Shown: positions 42,101-49,786, counted from the stretch's first letter. The stretch: 64,000 bases of DNA from Oscillospiraceae bacterium (GCA_015064555.1 SVRZ01000005.1:17619-81618); one strand, 5' to 3'. Translations and numbers: made by a program. The notes: generated from the letters alone by a model not told the origin.

Positions 42101-44523
42101 AGCTCATACTTATTCTCGCCTGCAGTCTTTGCGGGGGAAAGAAGGAATACAAGACGTGTGCTCGCATCAGCCTCGAGCACGTATGCGGAAACGTCTACCT
42201 CATAGTATCCGTCACCACTGAGACTTACAGAGCCCAGAAGCTCACCGCGCACGGATGCATCGGGATCTGCCTCATTGTAGCTCTCGACAGCATAAAGCTC
42301 GGCGATATTTGCCGCATTTCCGTCAGCATGGAATCTTATACGGGCATCTGCCGCATCGGAACTATCCGGAGCTGTAATGATAAGGTAAGAGCCGAGAGCT
42401 CCCTTTACCACAGTCATATCGGAGGTTACCTCCGCCTCTGTGTAGAAGGAAGCGGTATATTCCTCACCAATAGCCACACCGTTATCTCCCGCGAAGGTAG
42501 CAGGTACGGTGAGGATATATTCGGTATCCGAAAGGAGAGTATCGGGGGTGAAGGTCCATTCAAGGCCGCCGCGAGCGGAGCTCCAGCTACCGCTTGCCAC
42601 ATCACCGCCGGACGAGATAAGAGTTATCTTCTCTATATCGGATGCAAGGACAGCACCTGAGAATTTGATGGTTATAGGATCTGTGGTTCCCATATTGCCA
42701 TTTCCCGCCGCGGGAATGGTATGGATGACCTTTACCCGATCGTTTTTCAAATAATAGTTTGCAAATGCAAACATAGCATCGTAGGTATCGAAGCCGTACT
42801 GATAGTCGGGACCGTATGCAAAGGTATGTCCGAGATCGACTATAACATACATAGAAGGGATGTCGAGAGATTTGGTCACCTCAGCAAAGAGATTGTTGGT
42901 AACCGAGAAGTCATCGCGCAGATGGAGCGCAGAGAATACAGGGGCGTGCCCCTCGGTTATATCCTCATACTGGCTGCCGTTAGATGCATATATCCAGCTG
43001 GCATAGGAGAGTATCTCGTGAGTTACACCGTTTTTATCGGTATAGGTAAGCCAGGGCTGAAGCTCGCCGCCGTCTATCGTAACACCGTTCTTTACGTAGT
43101 CCTCGCGGATACCGTTCTGATAACGGGTTTCATCCCTATGTCCCGCGAACTGACGCTTGGAGGTGTAGTCATTGATGCGCGCATCAATGAGCGCCTCAAG
43201 CTCTGCCTTTGTGTATAGAGATGCGTCCTCGACCGTGTGATTTCTGACCTCTGCCTCACCGAGGAAGGTGAACCATCCACCCTTGGAGTTACCGAAGACA
43301 CCTATCTTTTCAACATCAAAGGAATACGTACCGGGATCTGTATACGTAAGATAACGCAAGAATCTCATAGCCGCGGTGTTTATCTTCTTATCGTTGTACA
43401 GATGAAGTCCGTAGTTCATACGGTCGCCCGTGAGAGCGCCCTCTGAGGTTCTGCCGTCGTAATACTTCCAGTAATCCGACTGTGCCATAGGCTGATAGAG
43501 ATAATCAAACACGGCACCCGCATATCCGTTAAACAAGAATCCGTTATGCTGAGGACGGAGTCCCGAGCTGGTACTTGCCGTCGAGAGGTACTCACTAGAG
43601 GAGGCAAGAACCGCGATCGGAACGGGATCGAGCGGCTTATCCACCGTGGTCGTCGGATAAACAACGTGCATATAGAGATTCAGGTCTATTGGAGTGCCGT
43701 CAGGTCCTACGCAATCGGTGACGTCAAGCGCAAGAGTGTGCGTAAGCTTGACATAATTTGCGTTCTCTGCCGTTGCCGCTACGGGATTCTTGAGAGCCGA
43801 GTCGCTGTACCACTGAGGTGCAGATCCGTCAAGTCCGTTCTGCGTTGCCTTCTGCTCTCCGAGAGAATTGCGCCAGTAAACAGACTTATCTCTATACCAT
43901 CCGCGAAGGTCGGTATTCCAGTTTTCAACTATCTTTTCGAGCGTTCCGTCCGCACCGTGCTTGTCAGCCTCCCAGAATACCTTTCCGTAGAGAAGATCGT
44001 AGCCTGCGGGTACTATGAAATTGTCGCTGTACGAGCCCGAGGGAAGATAGGTCTTATCGGTGAAGAATCCACCGCTGGCAAACTGAACTCTGATAGTCTG
44101 CGCAGACCAATCAAGTGCGGGTGAGACCGCCTTCTCGTGATTCTTGTAGTCAAGAACCGAAACTATGTAGCCGCGTTCGAGCATAGACTCTATTATCTCG
44201 GTATCGGTTTTCGAGCCTATCCTTTCGGTTTTGGTATTTACCACGTAAATCACAAGAGGCGTGCCGTTATATCCGGTCTTAGCCTTACCGTGAGTGCCGT
44301 AATCGTAGAACGTGGTCACCTCGACGGGTATGCCTATATATCCGTCGTTTGATTGCGCTACCGTATTGCCTATCTGCTTTTCTGCAAATTTCTCTTTTAT
44401 GGCAGCAGACGCATCATTCTCGTCCGAGCTGCCGGCAAAGACAGTAACGGCAAATATTGCCGCCACAACGAGAACAAGCGCAAGCAGAATAGCTAACGTG
44501 CGCGATAGCTTTCTTTTTTTCAT
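36157..44523 (-). CDS. giant secreted multidomain protein 3 (2788 aa): signal peptide, alpha/beta-hydrolase-like head, Big_5 (SbsA-Ig)-like domain, beta-sandwich region, 5 beta-helix-like modules, shared C-terminal domain
   Basis: Start MKKRKLSRTLAILLALVLVVAAIFAVTVFA at 44523 (GGAGAGAG upstream); the track start at 44649 is an extension. Nucleophile elbow GVFGNSKGGW (G-x-S-x-G). Ig-like segment TIPAAGNGNMGTTDPITIKFSGAV...YILTVPATFAGDNG. C-terminal FVPMASITLGSELVFNIYVP...RFAKYCESAADYR. Confidence 0.9.
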   Translation of the reverse strand: MKKRKLSRTLAILLALVLVVAAIFAVTVFAGSSDENDASAAIKEKFAEKQIGNTVAQSNDGYIGIPVEVTTFYDYGTHGKAKTGYNGTPLVIYVVNTKTERIGSKTDTEIIESMLERGYIVSVLDYKNHEKAVSPALDWSAQTIRVQFASGGFFTDKTYLPSGSYSDNFIVPAGYDLLYGKVFWEADKHGADGTLEKIVENWNTDLRGWYRDKSVYWRNSLGEQKATQNGLDGSAPQWYSDSALKNPVAATAENANYVKLTHTLALDVTDCVGPDGTPIDLNLYMHVVYPTTTVDKPLDPVPIAVLASSSEYLSTASTSSGLRPQHNGFLFNGYAGAVFDYLYQPMAQSDYWKYYDGRTSEGALTGDRMNYGLHLYNDKKINTAAMRFLRYLTYTDPGTYSFDVEKIGVFGNSKGGWFTFLGEAEVRNHTVEDASLYTKAELEALIDARINDYTSKRQFAGHRDETRYQNGIREDYVKNGVTIDGGELQPWLTYTDKNGVTHEILSYASWIYASNGSQYEDITEGHAPVFSALHLRDDFSVTNNLFAEVTKSLDIPSMYVIVDLGHTFAYGPDYQYGFDTYDAMFAFANYYLKNDRVKVIHTIPAAGNGNMGTTDPITIKFSGAVLASDIEKITLISSGGDVASGSWSSARGGLEWTFTPDTLLSDTEYILTVPATFAGDNGVAIGEEYTASFYTEAEVTSDMTVVKGALGSYLIITAPDSSDAADARIRFHADGNAANIAELYAVESYNEADPDASVRGELLGSVSLSGDGYYEVDVSAYVLEADASTRLVFLLSPAKTAGENKYELKFNAQSALSSITLQKYVPVTISTAPDGTEAAEMKVGINVDANGKQQYAYETFYSNATMAFVSNSALGGKALTDADIGRRYRITMRVYDTDARVIQMSLNGAYADASGKANGAYDHNVPSYNFMTKPGEWMTVGFDYVVYEPMYGEEALAAKKLTVRFGATGSDESPIYVSDLTVIETVTDITLSDKNAAALVLGVRGGDYKNNGTTDAFKVGESYYPTLSAALAAAGNGGTVTLNKNYTLTDSDDYTGWAALGSVTLDLNGYKIYTDSENPLIHAAANKTGTTNITVKNGSIYLSDAPLVGYAGSTSGGKGKIFNIVLEDLVIVNKKGSDLRELMTAKTIESASAATVNISMDNVEVDFRFGYNTEVPVSLFSSGEYPLAVSYEMAGGSISTDKFLGIGLFDSLTSASFIADENGAYTTLHSSIGNKLPATGVSKDGEIQSFAYDSHSKNIATYTIQKSDLATPYGLVPEEYSDPVAYPFVLFNEKGMFIGAYNSWLGSNGSGGVMGAIKNYLINPWDGTSYGNTPLKAYAVMRRDYNLISGEYFDNFAHIQGEAVVDLGGYTLSAGSVTKPLINATAKGFSGAAGNDLFPVTLEFRNGTMLAYNQGIVNLNTWDSIGGGAIAGKLITLIYDNVTFGVNDNVNSISLLTHFDNASGAILPARFRTVYNDCTFDLRTKSSANAMRLFTTATDGKFINLSIEVNGGKIVANSTSKVVPVYYGTDNYGSSVSFGKGSDGSYLSYVLPNDVTLAYTDYMADGKAYYFSKVSSGASDTVYELKENTNMTEYGPISAEFASVQTYPFVVFTSDVGFYKGYKTFRQAMDGAKTYMYTPNVWDPVNKTYGENEISAVVLMRRDYTTTSSDNFENAAQIQGTVTVDLGGHTLSEGSADTYGIFGRLQTKGWSGSGDEKMFYSTITVKNGKLKALDQSIMKLSTWESVGNGAIAGKHFTLNFEGVDFGYAAGATATDLLFSYGSKSGTCTQPGPFFVNFNNCTFDLVTNAPSGAKLFNAAVPSGNWTKNTVTVTGGKITATSMTASQLLATESTYGSSVTFLPDTNGNYTELYVPNGASVSSGDVPTDKGNMVYAKTSTGSTETLYTLTSLTTSYGVAIPGAYASVETYPFVVLKCVNGTYSWVGAYTKLYGAQSGGAMSGAVYTVLKPNVWDPVNKTYGANEATAIIILRRDYTVMDGEYFNNLAQAQGTVIIDLDGNSLYQNASSDKPFFDYTSKGWGDSGDEKIFPSTFIVKNGGLYVGKAAVINSICNDTVGNNAIAGKTSIWQFDNVTFGLMSGATAQNLVNAPVTAKTTSGTAPIEYIFNGCTFDFKTVAPTSPINVLNFSNTSSVMINATVRINGGKIKVNTLTNVTIYTLSTACGSTLYFGKGSDGKHLALESSADPGTLALPIEGGEGSFVPETNGVYRLAPSEWTKYGYIPARYTSAEDYPYIVFRGGKFVFATAIFGLDAKDSALHRSKSDGSVILLRRDVDYTENKYNNLSQTNGSITIDLGGFTVSMKQTGSNAWLYAQKKTNYNSSVTVINGTLLAGKNPIVLFDSWAANGNYPGNKNFNITLENVNIGILPGYAPSALFSAVENQSNAVNTYANLSLKNCTIDTGDLEKLVVFDVNDPSGLIDVTVTVSGCVIKGSGFGKISISDDLTNEDSSVVFAADLVLMSKDGTAISGAISTVSGAKVFVRTGSDGDYTVYGLADTSAGEFVPMASITLGSELVFNIYVPKAESLVALTLDGETVDIGTLTEKDGYYLVSVNLGAKEAARDILLVVTLSTGEKDMKGTFTFSIPRYAEKVLADELISQTEKTLVKNVLSYIKAAYAYFGTEDEAAINRIDAILGEDYDETQAPAMSGSEKKPTLGVSAVTYNLTAKPAVRFYLADGFEPDDFTFSINGNEVSATEGSDADGSYLEVVLYAYEMAGTVEYTVGSVSDSCHIRCYYEWAKSENNDNLVKLVERFAKYCESAADYRRAVIGVEN
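36976..40707 (-). repeat. four tandem ~320-aa protein modules inside giant 3 (YG-x-x-P...YPF-V-V/L-F starts), preceded by one divergent copy
   Basis: Module starts YGLVPEEYSDPVAYPFVLF (Tyr codon 40707), YGPISAEFASVQTYPFVVF (39744), YGVAIPGAYASVETYPFVVL (38787) and YGYIPARYTSAEDYPYIVF (37821), giving periods of 963, 957 and 966 nt. Internal motifs recur: VDLGG.TLS, TVKNG.L, FNNCTFDL, VTV.GGKI. Confidence 0.7.
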
Positions 44524-44605
44524 TTTTCTCTCTCCTTTTATAATTTTACTTGACTCTAAGTAGAATAAGTTCGTGATATCATTATACACGCGTAAAGAAA
44601 AAAAG

Positions 44606-44637
44606 TATGACAAAAGCACGCATATCTTATGACAAAA
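44606..44637. promoter_or_regulatory. direct repeat TATGACAAAA x2 (22-nt register) in the giant-3/AraC-2 divergent region, candidate AraC-type operator
   Basis: Exact 10-mers at 44606-44615 and 44628-44637, upstream of the giant-3 start on its promoter side. The function is inferred only. Confidence 0.3.
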
Positions 44638-44774
44638 CTTTAGGTGCATACAGTTGTATAGTCAAATAAAACAAAAGGAAATACAGAAAATTGTTGCTTT
44701 TTAACAAAAAGCCGCCTGTTATATTTGATACAGGGATAATTCACCGGGGCGCTCTGAAAAAGTTAAGACAAAAC

Positions 44775-44803
44775 TTGACATATGTTCTTAGCGGTGGTAT
44801 AAT
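44775..44803 (+). promoter_or_regulatory. sigma-A-type promoter of AraC regulator 2
   Basis: TTGACA (44775-44780), 17-nt spacer, TATAAT (44798-44803). Confidence 0.5.
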
Positions 44804-44831
44804 GAAGAAAAAGGCACGAAAGGAGTGTCAT

Positions 44832-45719
44832 ATGCTGCAGATACAGACCTCAAATTGCTTTAGCGAGGGCACACTGCGCTCCACCACGAAAATAGGCAGA
44901 TATGCTATAGGAAATCACATACACCAGAACACCGAGATCGTATTTGTAAAAGAGGGCGAGATAGACGTTACTATAGACGGAAGAAAAGAGAGAGCACGGA
45001 CAAACGACGTTATAATAATAGCCCCATTCTCGGTTCATTCGTTTCACACGGAGAAGTACGTAAACGCCTGGATAAGCGTTTTCTCAAACAATTTCATATC
45101 CGATTTCATAGGTGTTGACGGCTCATATTTCTACGGTGAGCGCGCAGTTTTCACCCCCACGGAGGAGCTTCGCAATTACTTTTGCGGAAGGCTCTTTGAC
45201 ACGGCGGAGGATATAATTGCTCCCGCCGAGGCACAGGTCAGAAAAATAAAGGCCATGCTCTACCCCATATTTGAGGAATACACCGCGTCGGTCCCTCAGA
45301 CACGCACACCCCCGAAAAGCAATGCACTCTCCGCCGCCCTGACGTATATGCAGAAGCATTATAAGGAGAATCTTTCGCTCACCGACGTTGCAAGAAGCTT
45401 AGGATATAATCCCACCTATCTTTCGCACACGCTCGGCGAGCTCGGAGGAATAAATTTCAGAACGCTTCTCAATTCGTTCCGCGTAGAGGAAGCGAAGCAG
45501 ATGCTCCTATCGAAAAAGCACAAGATGATAGATATCGCTATGGAATGCGGCTTCAGCTGTGAGCGCTCGTTTTACCGCGCATTTATGGCAATAACCGGAG
45601 TAACGCCGGGAGAATACGTTGAGTCCCGTCCGGATGCCGAATTTATCACCGTCGGCGGTGATAAGACCGTCTACAATATGGGTGTGCGCCTGCCGATAGA
45701 CGACCTGAACGGTCATTGA
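44832..45719 (+). CDS. AraC-family transcriptional regulator with cupin-type sensor domain, 295 aa (paralog of 12786..13583)
   Basis: ATG at 44832 with AAGGAG 6 nt upstream; the track start at 44691 is an extension. Cupin part HIHQNTEIVFVKEGEIDVTIDGRKERARTNDVIIIAPFSVHSF. C-terminal AraC HTH LTDVARSLGYNPTYLSHTL...IDIAMECGFSCERSFYRAFMAITGVTPGEY. Confidence 0.85.
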   Translation: MLQIQTSNCFSEGTLRSTTKIGRYAIGNHIHQNTEIVFVKEGEIDVTIDGRKERARTNDVIIIAPFSVHSFHTEKYVNAWISVFSNNFISDFIGVDGSYFYGERAVFTPTEELRNYFCGRLFDTAEDIIAPAEAQVRKIKAMLYPIFEEYTASVPQTRTPPKSNALSAALTYMQKHYKENLSLTDVARSLGYNPTYLSHTLGELGGINFRTLLNSFRVEEAKQMLLSKKHKMIDIAMECGFSCERSFYRAFMAITGVTPGEYVESRPDAEFITVGGDKTVYNMGVRLPIDDLNGH

Positions 45720-45892
45720 GCACTCCCGGCGCATAAAGCACGTATTCTGCTCAGTAGATCTAAGCACAATGCACGCGTTCTTCTCGGTCGATCGGAACAC
45801 GATGCATTTATATTACACACGCCGTTATCCGGATTAAAGATCGAATTCGCACAGACCTTATCAAAATGAAGATCGGATTAAATATGATACAA

Positions 45893-45937
45893 ACAAAACA
45901 AGGTTGCTCGGTGATCCACCGAACAACCTTGTTTTGT
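45893..45937. terminator. bidirectional rho-independent terminator
   Basis: ACAAAACAAGGTTG-c-TCGGTG...CACCGA-a-CAACCTTGTTTTGT long hairpin between the AraC-2 (+) and alaS (-) genes. Confidence 0.75.
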
Positions 45938-45978
45938 ATATAAATGTTTACTTTTACGCCGATTTTGCGTTTTTAAAA

Positions 45979-48600
45979 TTACTTAGCAAGAATAACTTCG
46001 ACCATAGCGAGAGCATCGGGTATCTTGTCAATATCCTTACCGCCGCTCATTGCCGAATCAGGTCTTCCGCCGCCCTTTCCACCGCAGACGGCAGATATTT
46101 CACGGAGAATATTTCCCGCATGAGCACCCATCTTCACTGCCTCGGAGCCTGCCGCCGCAACGAAGTTGAGCTTGCCGTCGGAAACGATGGCAAATACCAC
46201 AACACCGTCCGCATGCTTTGCCTTGAAGGTATCGCAAAGACCTCTTGCCGCATCGGGGCGAACGTCATCAAGCCTTGCTGCAAGGAGCTTGTATGCACCG
46301 ACTGTCTTGACCGTATCCATAAGAGATGCCGTTTTAAGCTCGGAGAGGCGCGAGTTTGCGCTCTCAAGCTCTCTTCTCATATCCTTTAGCTGAGTCTGCA
46401 GAGCCGATGCCTTTGTAGCTATTGCGTGTGTATTCTGAACCTTAAGCTCGCGTGCCGTGTCAAGAATAAGCGCATCCTTTTCTGCAAGGAGCTCGAGAAC
46501 TCCGAGTCCTGTAGTTCCCTCTATTCTGCGGACGCCCGCTGCAACACCGGTCTCGGAAAGTATCTTGAAAAGACCTATATTTCCGGTGCTCTGAACGTGT
46601 GTTCCTCCGCAGAGCTCGGTAGACTCTGTACCTATCTTAACGACTCTTACAGTATCACCGTACTTTTCTCCGAACAGTGCCATAGCACCCATAGCTCTTG
46701 CGGATGCTATATCGGTGACGGTGGTGGAGCACTCCTCTGCTCTGAGGATGCTCGCGTTTACTATAGCCTCAACGCGTGCTATTTCCTCAGCCGTCATAGC
46801 CGACAGATGAGAGAAGTCGAAGCGCACACGCTTCTCATCAACATAAGATCCCGCCTGCTCAACGTGAGTGCCGAGCACCGAACGGAGAGCCGCCTGAAGA
46901 AGGTGGCAGGCAGAGTGATTTCTTCTTATTGCATCGCGTCTTGCCGCATCTATTTTAAGAGTAACGGTATCGCCCACCTTGAGCATACCAGACTCAATGC
47001 GCGCCTCATGGAGATACACGCCGTTAGTCTTCTTGGTATCGGTCACTGCAGCCGAAAGACCGTCAGCCTCGATAACGCCACTGTCACCTACCTGACCGCC
47101 GCCCTCGCCATAAAATACAGTCTTATCGAGAACCACGGTGCACTCACCCTCGCTCACGAAATCTACCGCCTCGTCATCCGTGATGATCGAGAGCACCTTC
47201 GCGGAGCACTCGTTCTCGGTATATCCGAGAAATTCGGTCGCGGGAAGGTTCTCGATTATGGACTTCGAGGAATCAGACCAGCCGGATATATTTCCTCTTG
47301 CCTCTCTCGCTCTCGTCTTCTGCTCCTGCATAAGAGCGGTAAACTCCTCCTCGTTTATGGAAAGTCCGCTCTCCTCTGCGATCTCACGGGTGAGGTCGAT
47401 GGGGAAGCCGAAGGTGTCGTAAAGCTTGAATGCATCCGCACCCGAAATGGTGGTATTTCCTGCGGCGCGAACGCCGTCTATTATACCCGAAAGAATAGCA
47501 AGTCCGGAATCAACGGTAACGTTGAAGCGGTCCTCCTCAAGCGAGATGACCTTAAGTATATACTCGCTCTTTTCGACAAGCTCGGGATATGCGCTCTCGT
47601 TCTGCGAGATAACCACGCGGCAAAGCTCGGTCATAAACTTGCGGTTGATGCCGAGAAGCTTTCCGTGGCGGCAGGCACGTCTGAGTATTCTTCTGAGAAC
47701 GTAGCCTCTGCCCTCGTTCGAGGGTATAACACCGTCGCATATCATAAAGGTAGCGCTTCTTATATGGTCTGTAACGACTCGGATGGAAACGTCGTTTGCC
47801 TTATCACAGCCGTAGGTCTTGCCGGATATCGTGCAGACGGTATTGAGAATATTACGGACGGTGTCCACCTCAAAGAGGTTGTCCACTCCCTGCATAACGC
47901 AGGCAAGACGCTCAAGTCCCATTCCGGTATCTATATTCTTCTGTGCAAGCTCTGTGTAATTGCCGTTTCCGTCGTTATTGAACTGCGAGAATACGTTGTT
48001 CCAGATCTCCATAAATCTGTCACAGTCACAGCCGGGCTTACAGTCGGGCGAGCCGCATCCGTACTTCTCGCCTCTGTCAAAGTATATCTCGGAGCAGGGG
48101 CCGCAGGGACCTGAGCCGTGCTCCCAGAAGTTATCAGCCTTACCGAGCTTTACTATCCTCTCGGCGGGAACGCCGATAACGTCACGCCAGAGGGTGTATG
48201 CCTCGTCATCCTGCTCGTAGACGGATGGCCAGAGAAGCTCACCGGGGATCTCAAGAGTAACGGTGAGAAATTCCCAAGCCCATGGAATAGCCTCGTTCTT
48301 GAAATAGTCACCGAACGAGAAGTTACCAAGCATCTCGAAATATGTGCCGTGGCGCGCCGTATGACCTACGCGCTCAAGGTCGGGAGTTCTTATGCACTTC
48401 TGACAGGTGCAGACACGTGTACGCGGAGGGACCTCCTCACCCGTAAAGAATTTCTTCATAGGCGCCATGCCCGAATTTATGAGCAGAAGCGACTTATCAT
48501 TATTGGGAACGAGCGAGAAGCTGGGCAGACGAAGATGCCCCTTGCTTTCAAAGAATGCGAGATATTTTTCGCGAAGCTCGTTTAAAGACGTCCATTTCAT
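45979..48600 (-). CDS. alaS: alanine--tRNA ligase
   Basis: 873 aa. MKWTSLNELREKYLAFFESKGHLRLPSFSLVP..D.SLL.INSGM.P.K..F.G, the class II catalytic core, the editing-domain HxxxH/CxxxH motifs (HSACHLLQ, LCGGTHV) and a C-terminal DHHA1-like region. Confidence 0.97.
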   Translation of the reverse strand: MKWTSLNELREKYLAFFESKGHLRLPSFSLVPNNDKSLLLINSGMAPMKKFFTGEEVPPRTRVCTCQKCIRTPDLERVGHTARHGTYFEMLGNFSFGDYFKNEAIPWAWEFLTVTLEIPGELLWPSVYEQDDEAYTLWRDVIGVPAERIVKLGKADNFWEHGSGPCGPCSEIYFDRGEKYGCGSPDCKPGCDCDRFMEIWNNVFSQFNNDGNGNYTELAQKNIDTGMGLERLACVMQGVDNLFEVDTVRNILNTVCTISGKTYGCDKANDVSIRVVTDHIRSATFMICDGVIPSNEGRGYVLRRILRRACRHGKLLGINRKFMTELCRVVISQNESAYPELVEKSEYILKVISLEEDRFNVTVDSGLAILSGIIDGVRAAGNTTISGADAFKLYDTFGFPIDLTREIAEESGLSINEEEFTALMQEQKTRAREARGNISGWSDSSKSIIENLPATEFLGYTENECSAKVLSIITDDEAVDFVSEGECTVVLDKTVFYGEGGGQVGDSGVIEADGLSAAVTDTKKTNGVYLHEARIESGMLKVGDTVTLKIDAARRDAIRRNHSACHLLQAALRSVLGTHVEQAGSYVDEKRVRFDFSHLSAMTAEEIARVEAIVNASILRAEECSTTVTDIASARAMGAMALFGEKYGDTVRVVKIGTESTELCGGTHVQSTGNIGLFKILSETGVAAGVRRIEGTTGLGVLELLAEKDALILDTARELKVQNTHAIATKASALQTQLKDMRRELESANSRLSELKTASLMDTVKTVGAYKLLAARLDDVRPDAARGLCDTFKAKHADGVVVFAIVSDGKLNFVAAAGSEAVKMGAHAGNILREISAVCGGKGGGRPDSAMSGGKDIDKIPDALAMVEVILAK

Positions 48601-48635
48601 GGATTCATTCTCCTTAAATATATATTAACCCGTTT

Positions 48636-48665
48636 ATTTTAGCACAAGTACGCGGTGAATGTCAA
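48636..48665 (-). promoter_or_regulatory. sigma-A-type promoter of alaS
   Basis: On the minus strand: TTGACA (48665-48660), 18-nt spacer ending TGC, TAAAAT (48641-48636). The leader is only ~35 nt, so there is no T-box. Confidence 0.5.
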
Positions 48666-48715
48666 GACAAAAGACCGAAAAGAAAAGAAAATATTAATAA
48701 AATCCTTTTATCCGG

Positions 48716-48744
48716 TTGAATTTTTATATTTATGTTGGTATAAT
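48716..48744 (+). promoter_or_regulatory. sigma-A-type promoter of the DMT transporter gene
   Basis: TTGAAT (48716-48721), 17-nt spacer, TATAAT (48739-48744), followed by a ~120-nt leader. Confidence 0.5.
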
Positions 48745-48866
48745 GAAATCAAAACAAGGACGCCTCATTTGCCGTGACAGCCGCAATTTTAAGTCTTCGG
48801 TGATCGGTATATCCGTTCCGGGGCCTCTCCGATCCCGTTATACACGACATTCCACAGGAGATAAAT

Positions 48867-49724
48867 ATGCTGAACGCAATTTTACTTATCGTCGCCATCG
48901 TAGGCGTCACGGTGCAGAACGTAACAAGAAAAAGCTACAACAGATCGTCACGGGGCGGCACCTTTACCTTCTCCGCCGCATCGATTTTATTTGCACTTTT
49001 GATATTTCTGATAACCTCGGGCGGCAGGCTTCGCTTTACAGGCGCAATCCTTCCCTACTCCCTCGTCTTCTCGGCAGCTTACTGCACCGCCATCGTATTT
49101 GCCTTTCTTGCGATAAAGCACGGCTCGCTCTCTCTAAGTTCTCTTATCATCCAATACTCGCTTATCCTGCCTACCGTGTTCGGTTTTATACTTTGGGACG
49201 AAGCGATAAAACCGGGCGGCATCGTTGGAATAATACTCCTTCTCATCTCTCTTGCGATGATAAACAAGGAGGAAAAGAGCGAGAAAAAAAGCATCACGCC
49301 ACGATGGATCATCTTCGTTCTGCTTGCATTCTTTGGTAACGGTGCCTGCTCGACAGTGCAGAAGGCTCAGCAGCTATCTTCATCGGCAGAATACAAAAAT
49401 GAGTTTATGATACTCGCGCTTCTGATAAGCCTTGCCGTCATGACCATGATGGCACTCATAACAGAACGCAAGGAGCTTTCTTACAATCTGAAGTCGGGCG
49501 TGCTATCATACAGCATCTGCGGTCTTGCAAACGGTGGGGTGAACCTGCTTGTGCTCCTTCTTTCGGCAAGAATGGCGGCATCGGTAATGTTTCCGATAAT
49601 ATCCGCCGGGGGAATAGTTGCCGCGTACGCGGTATCAACCCTTGTTTATAAAGAAAAAATGTCACGCACTCAGACTGCAGGCTTGATAGTCGGAATATTG
49701 TCAATAATAGCTTTAAACCTTTAA
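48867..49724 (+). CDS. DMT-superfamily (EamA-like) transporter, 285 aa
   Basis: About ten hydrophobic helices in two similar halves, a size and duplication typical of EamA-domain permeases. GGAG lies 6 nt upstream of the ATG. Confidence 0.7.
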   Translation: MLNAILLIVAIVGVTVQNVTRKSYNRSSRGGTFTFSAASILFALLIFLITSGGRLRFTGAILPYSLVFSAAYCTAIVFAFLAIKHGSLSLSSLIIQYSLILPTVFGFILWDEAIKPGGIVGIILLLISLAMINKEEKSEKKSITPRWIIFVLLAFFGNGACSTVQKAQQLSSSAEYKNEFMILALLISLAVMTMMALITERKELSYNLKSGVLSYSICGLANGGVNLLVLLLSARMAASVMFPIISAGGIVAAYAVSTLVYKEKMSRTQTAGLIVGILSIIALNL

Positions 49725-49786
49725 TTTTGTAAATAATTATTGTCTTTTATTGCAGTTTCAAGAATATACATCGTGCGCCGCACGCG

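Noticed and set aside
44524-44649. N-terminal extensions in the ORF track (giant 3 from 44649, giant 2 from 35842, AraC-2 from 44691, truB from 632, DUF5107 from 14720, ABC ATPase from 51591)
   Set aside because: In each case an internal ATG with a good Shine-Dalgarno is followed by a proper signal peptide or the conserved N-terminus. The upstream codons lack ribosome-binding sites or use TTG/GTG within promoter sequence.
45720-45890. Imperfect ~30-nt direct repeats (seen as RSTEKNACIV / RSTEQNTCFM in antisense ORF 45507..45800), considered as a mini-CRISPR or regulatory array
   Set aside because: There are only two to three degenerate copies, with no spacer-repeat regularity and no cas genes. 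It is most likely incidental sequence in a 3' intergenic region.
46426-48114. 562-aa plus-strand ORF opposite alaS
   Set aside because: alaS on the minus strand is unambiguous along its full length. The antisense ORF has no family resemblance and is a typical shadow of a gene with biased codon usage.
48601-48715. Possible T-box leader upstream of alaS
   Set aside because: The predicted alaS promoter (48636-48665) leaves only a ~35-nt leader. No specifier loop or T-box sequence is present.
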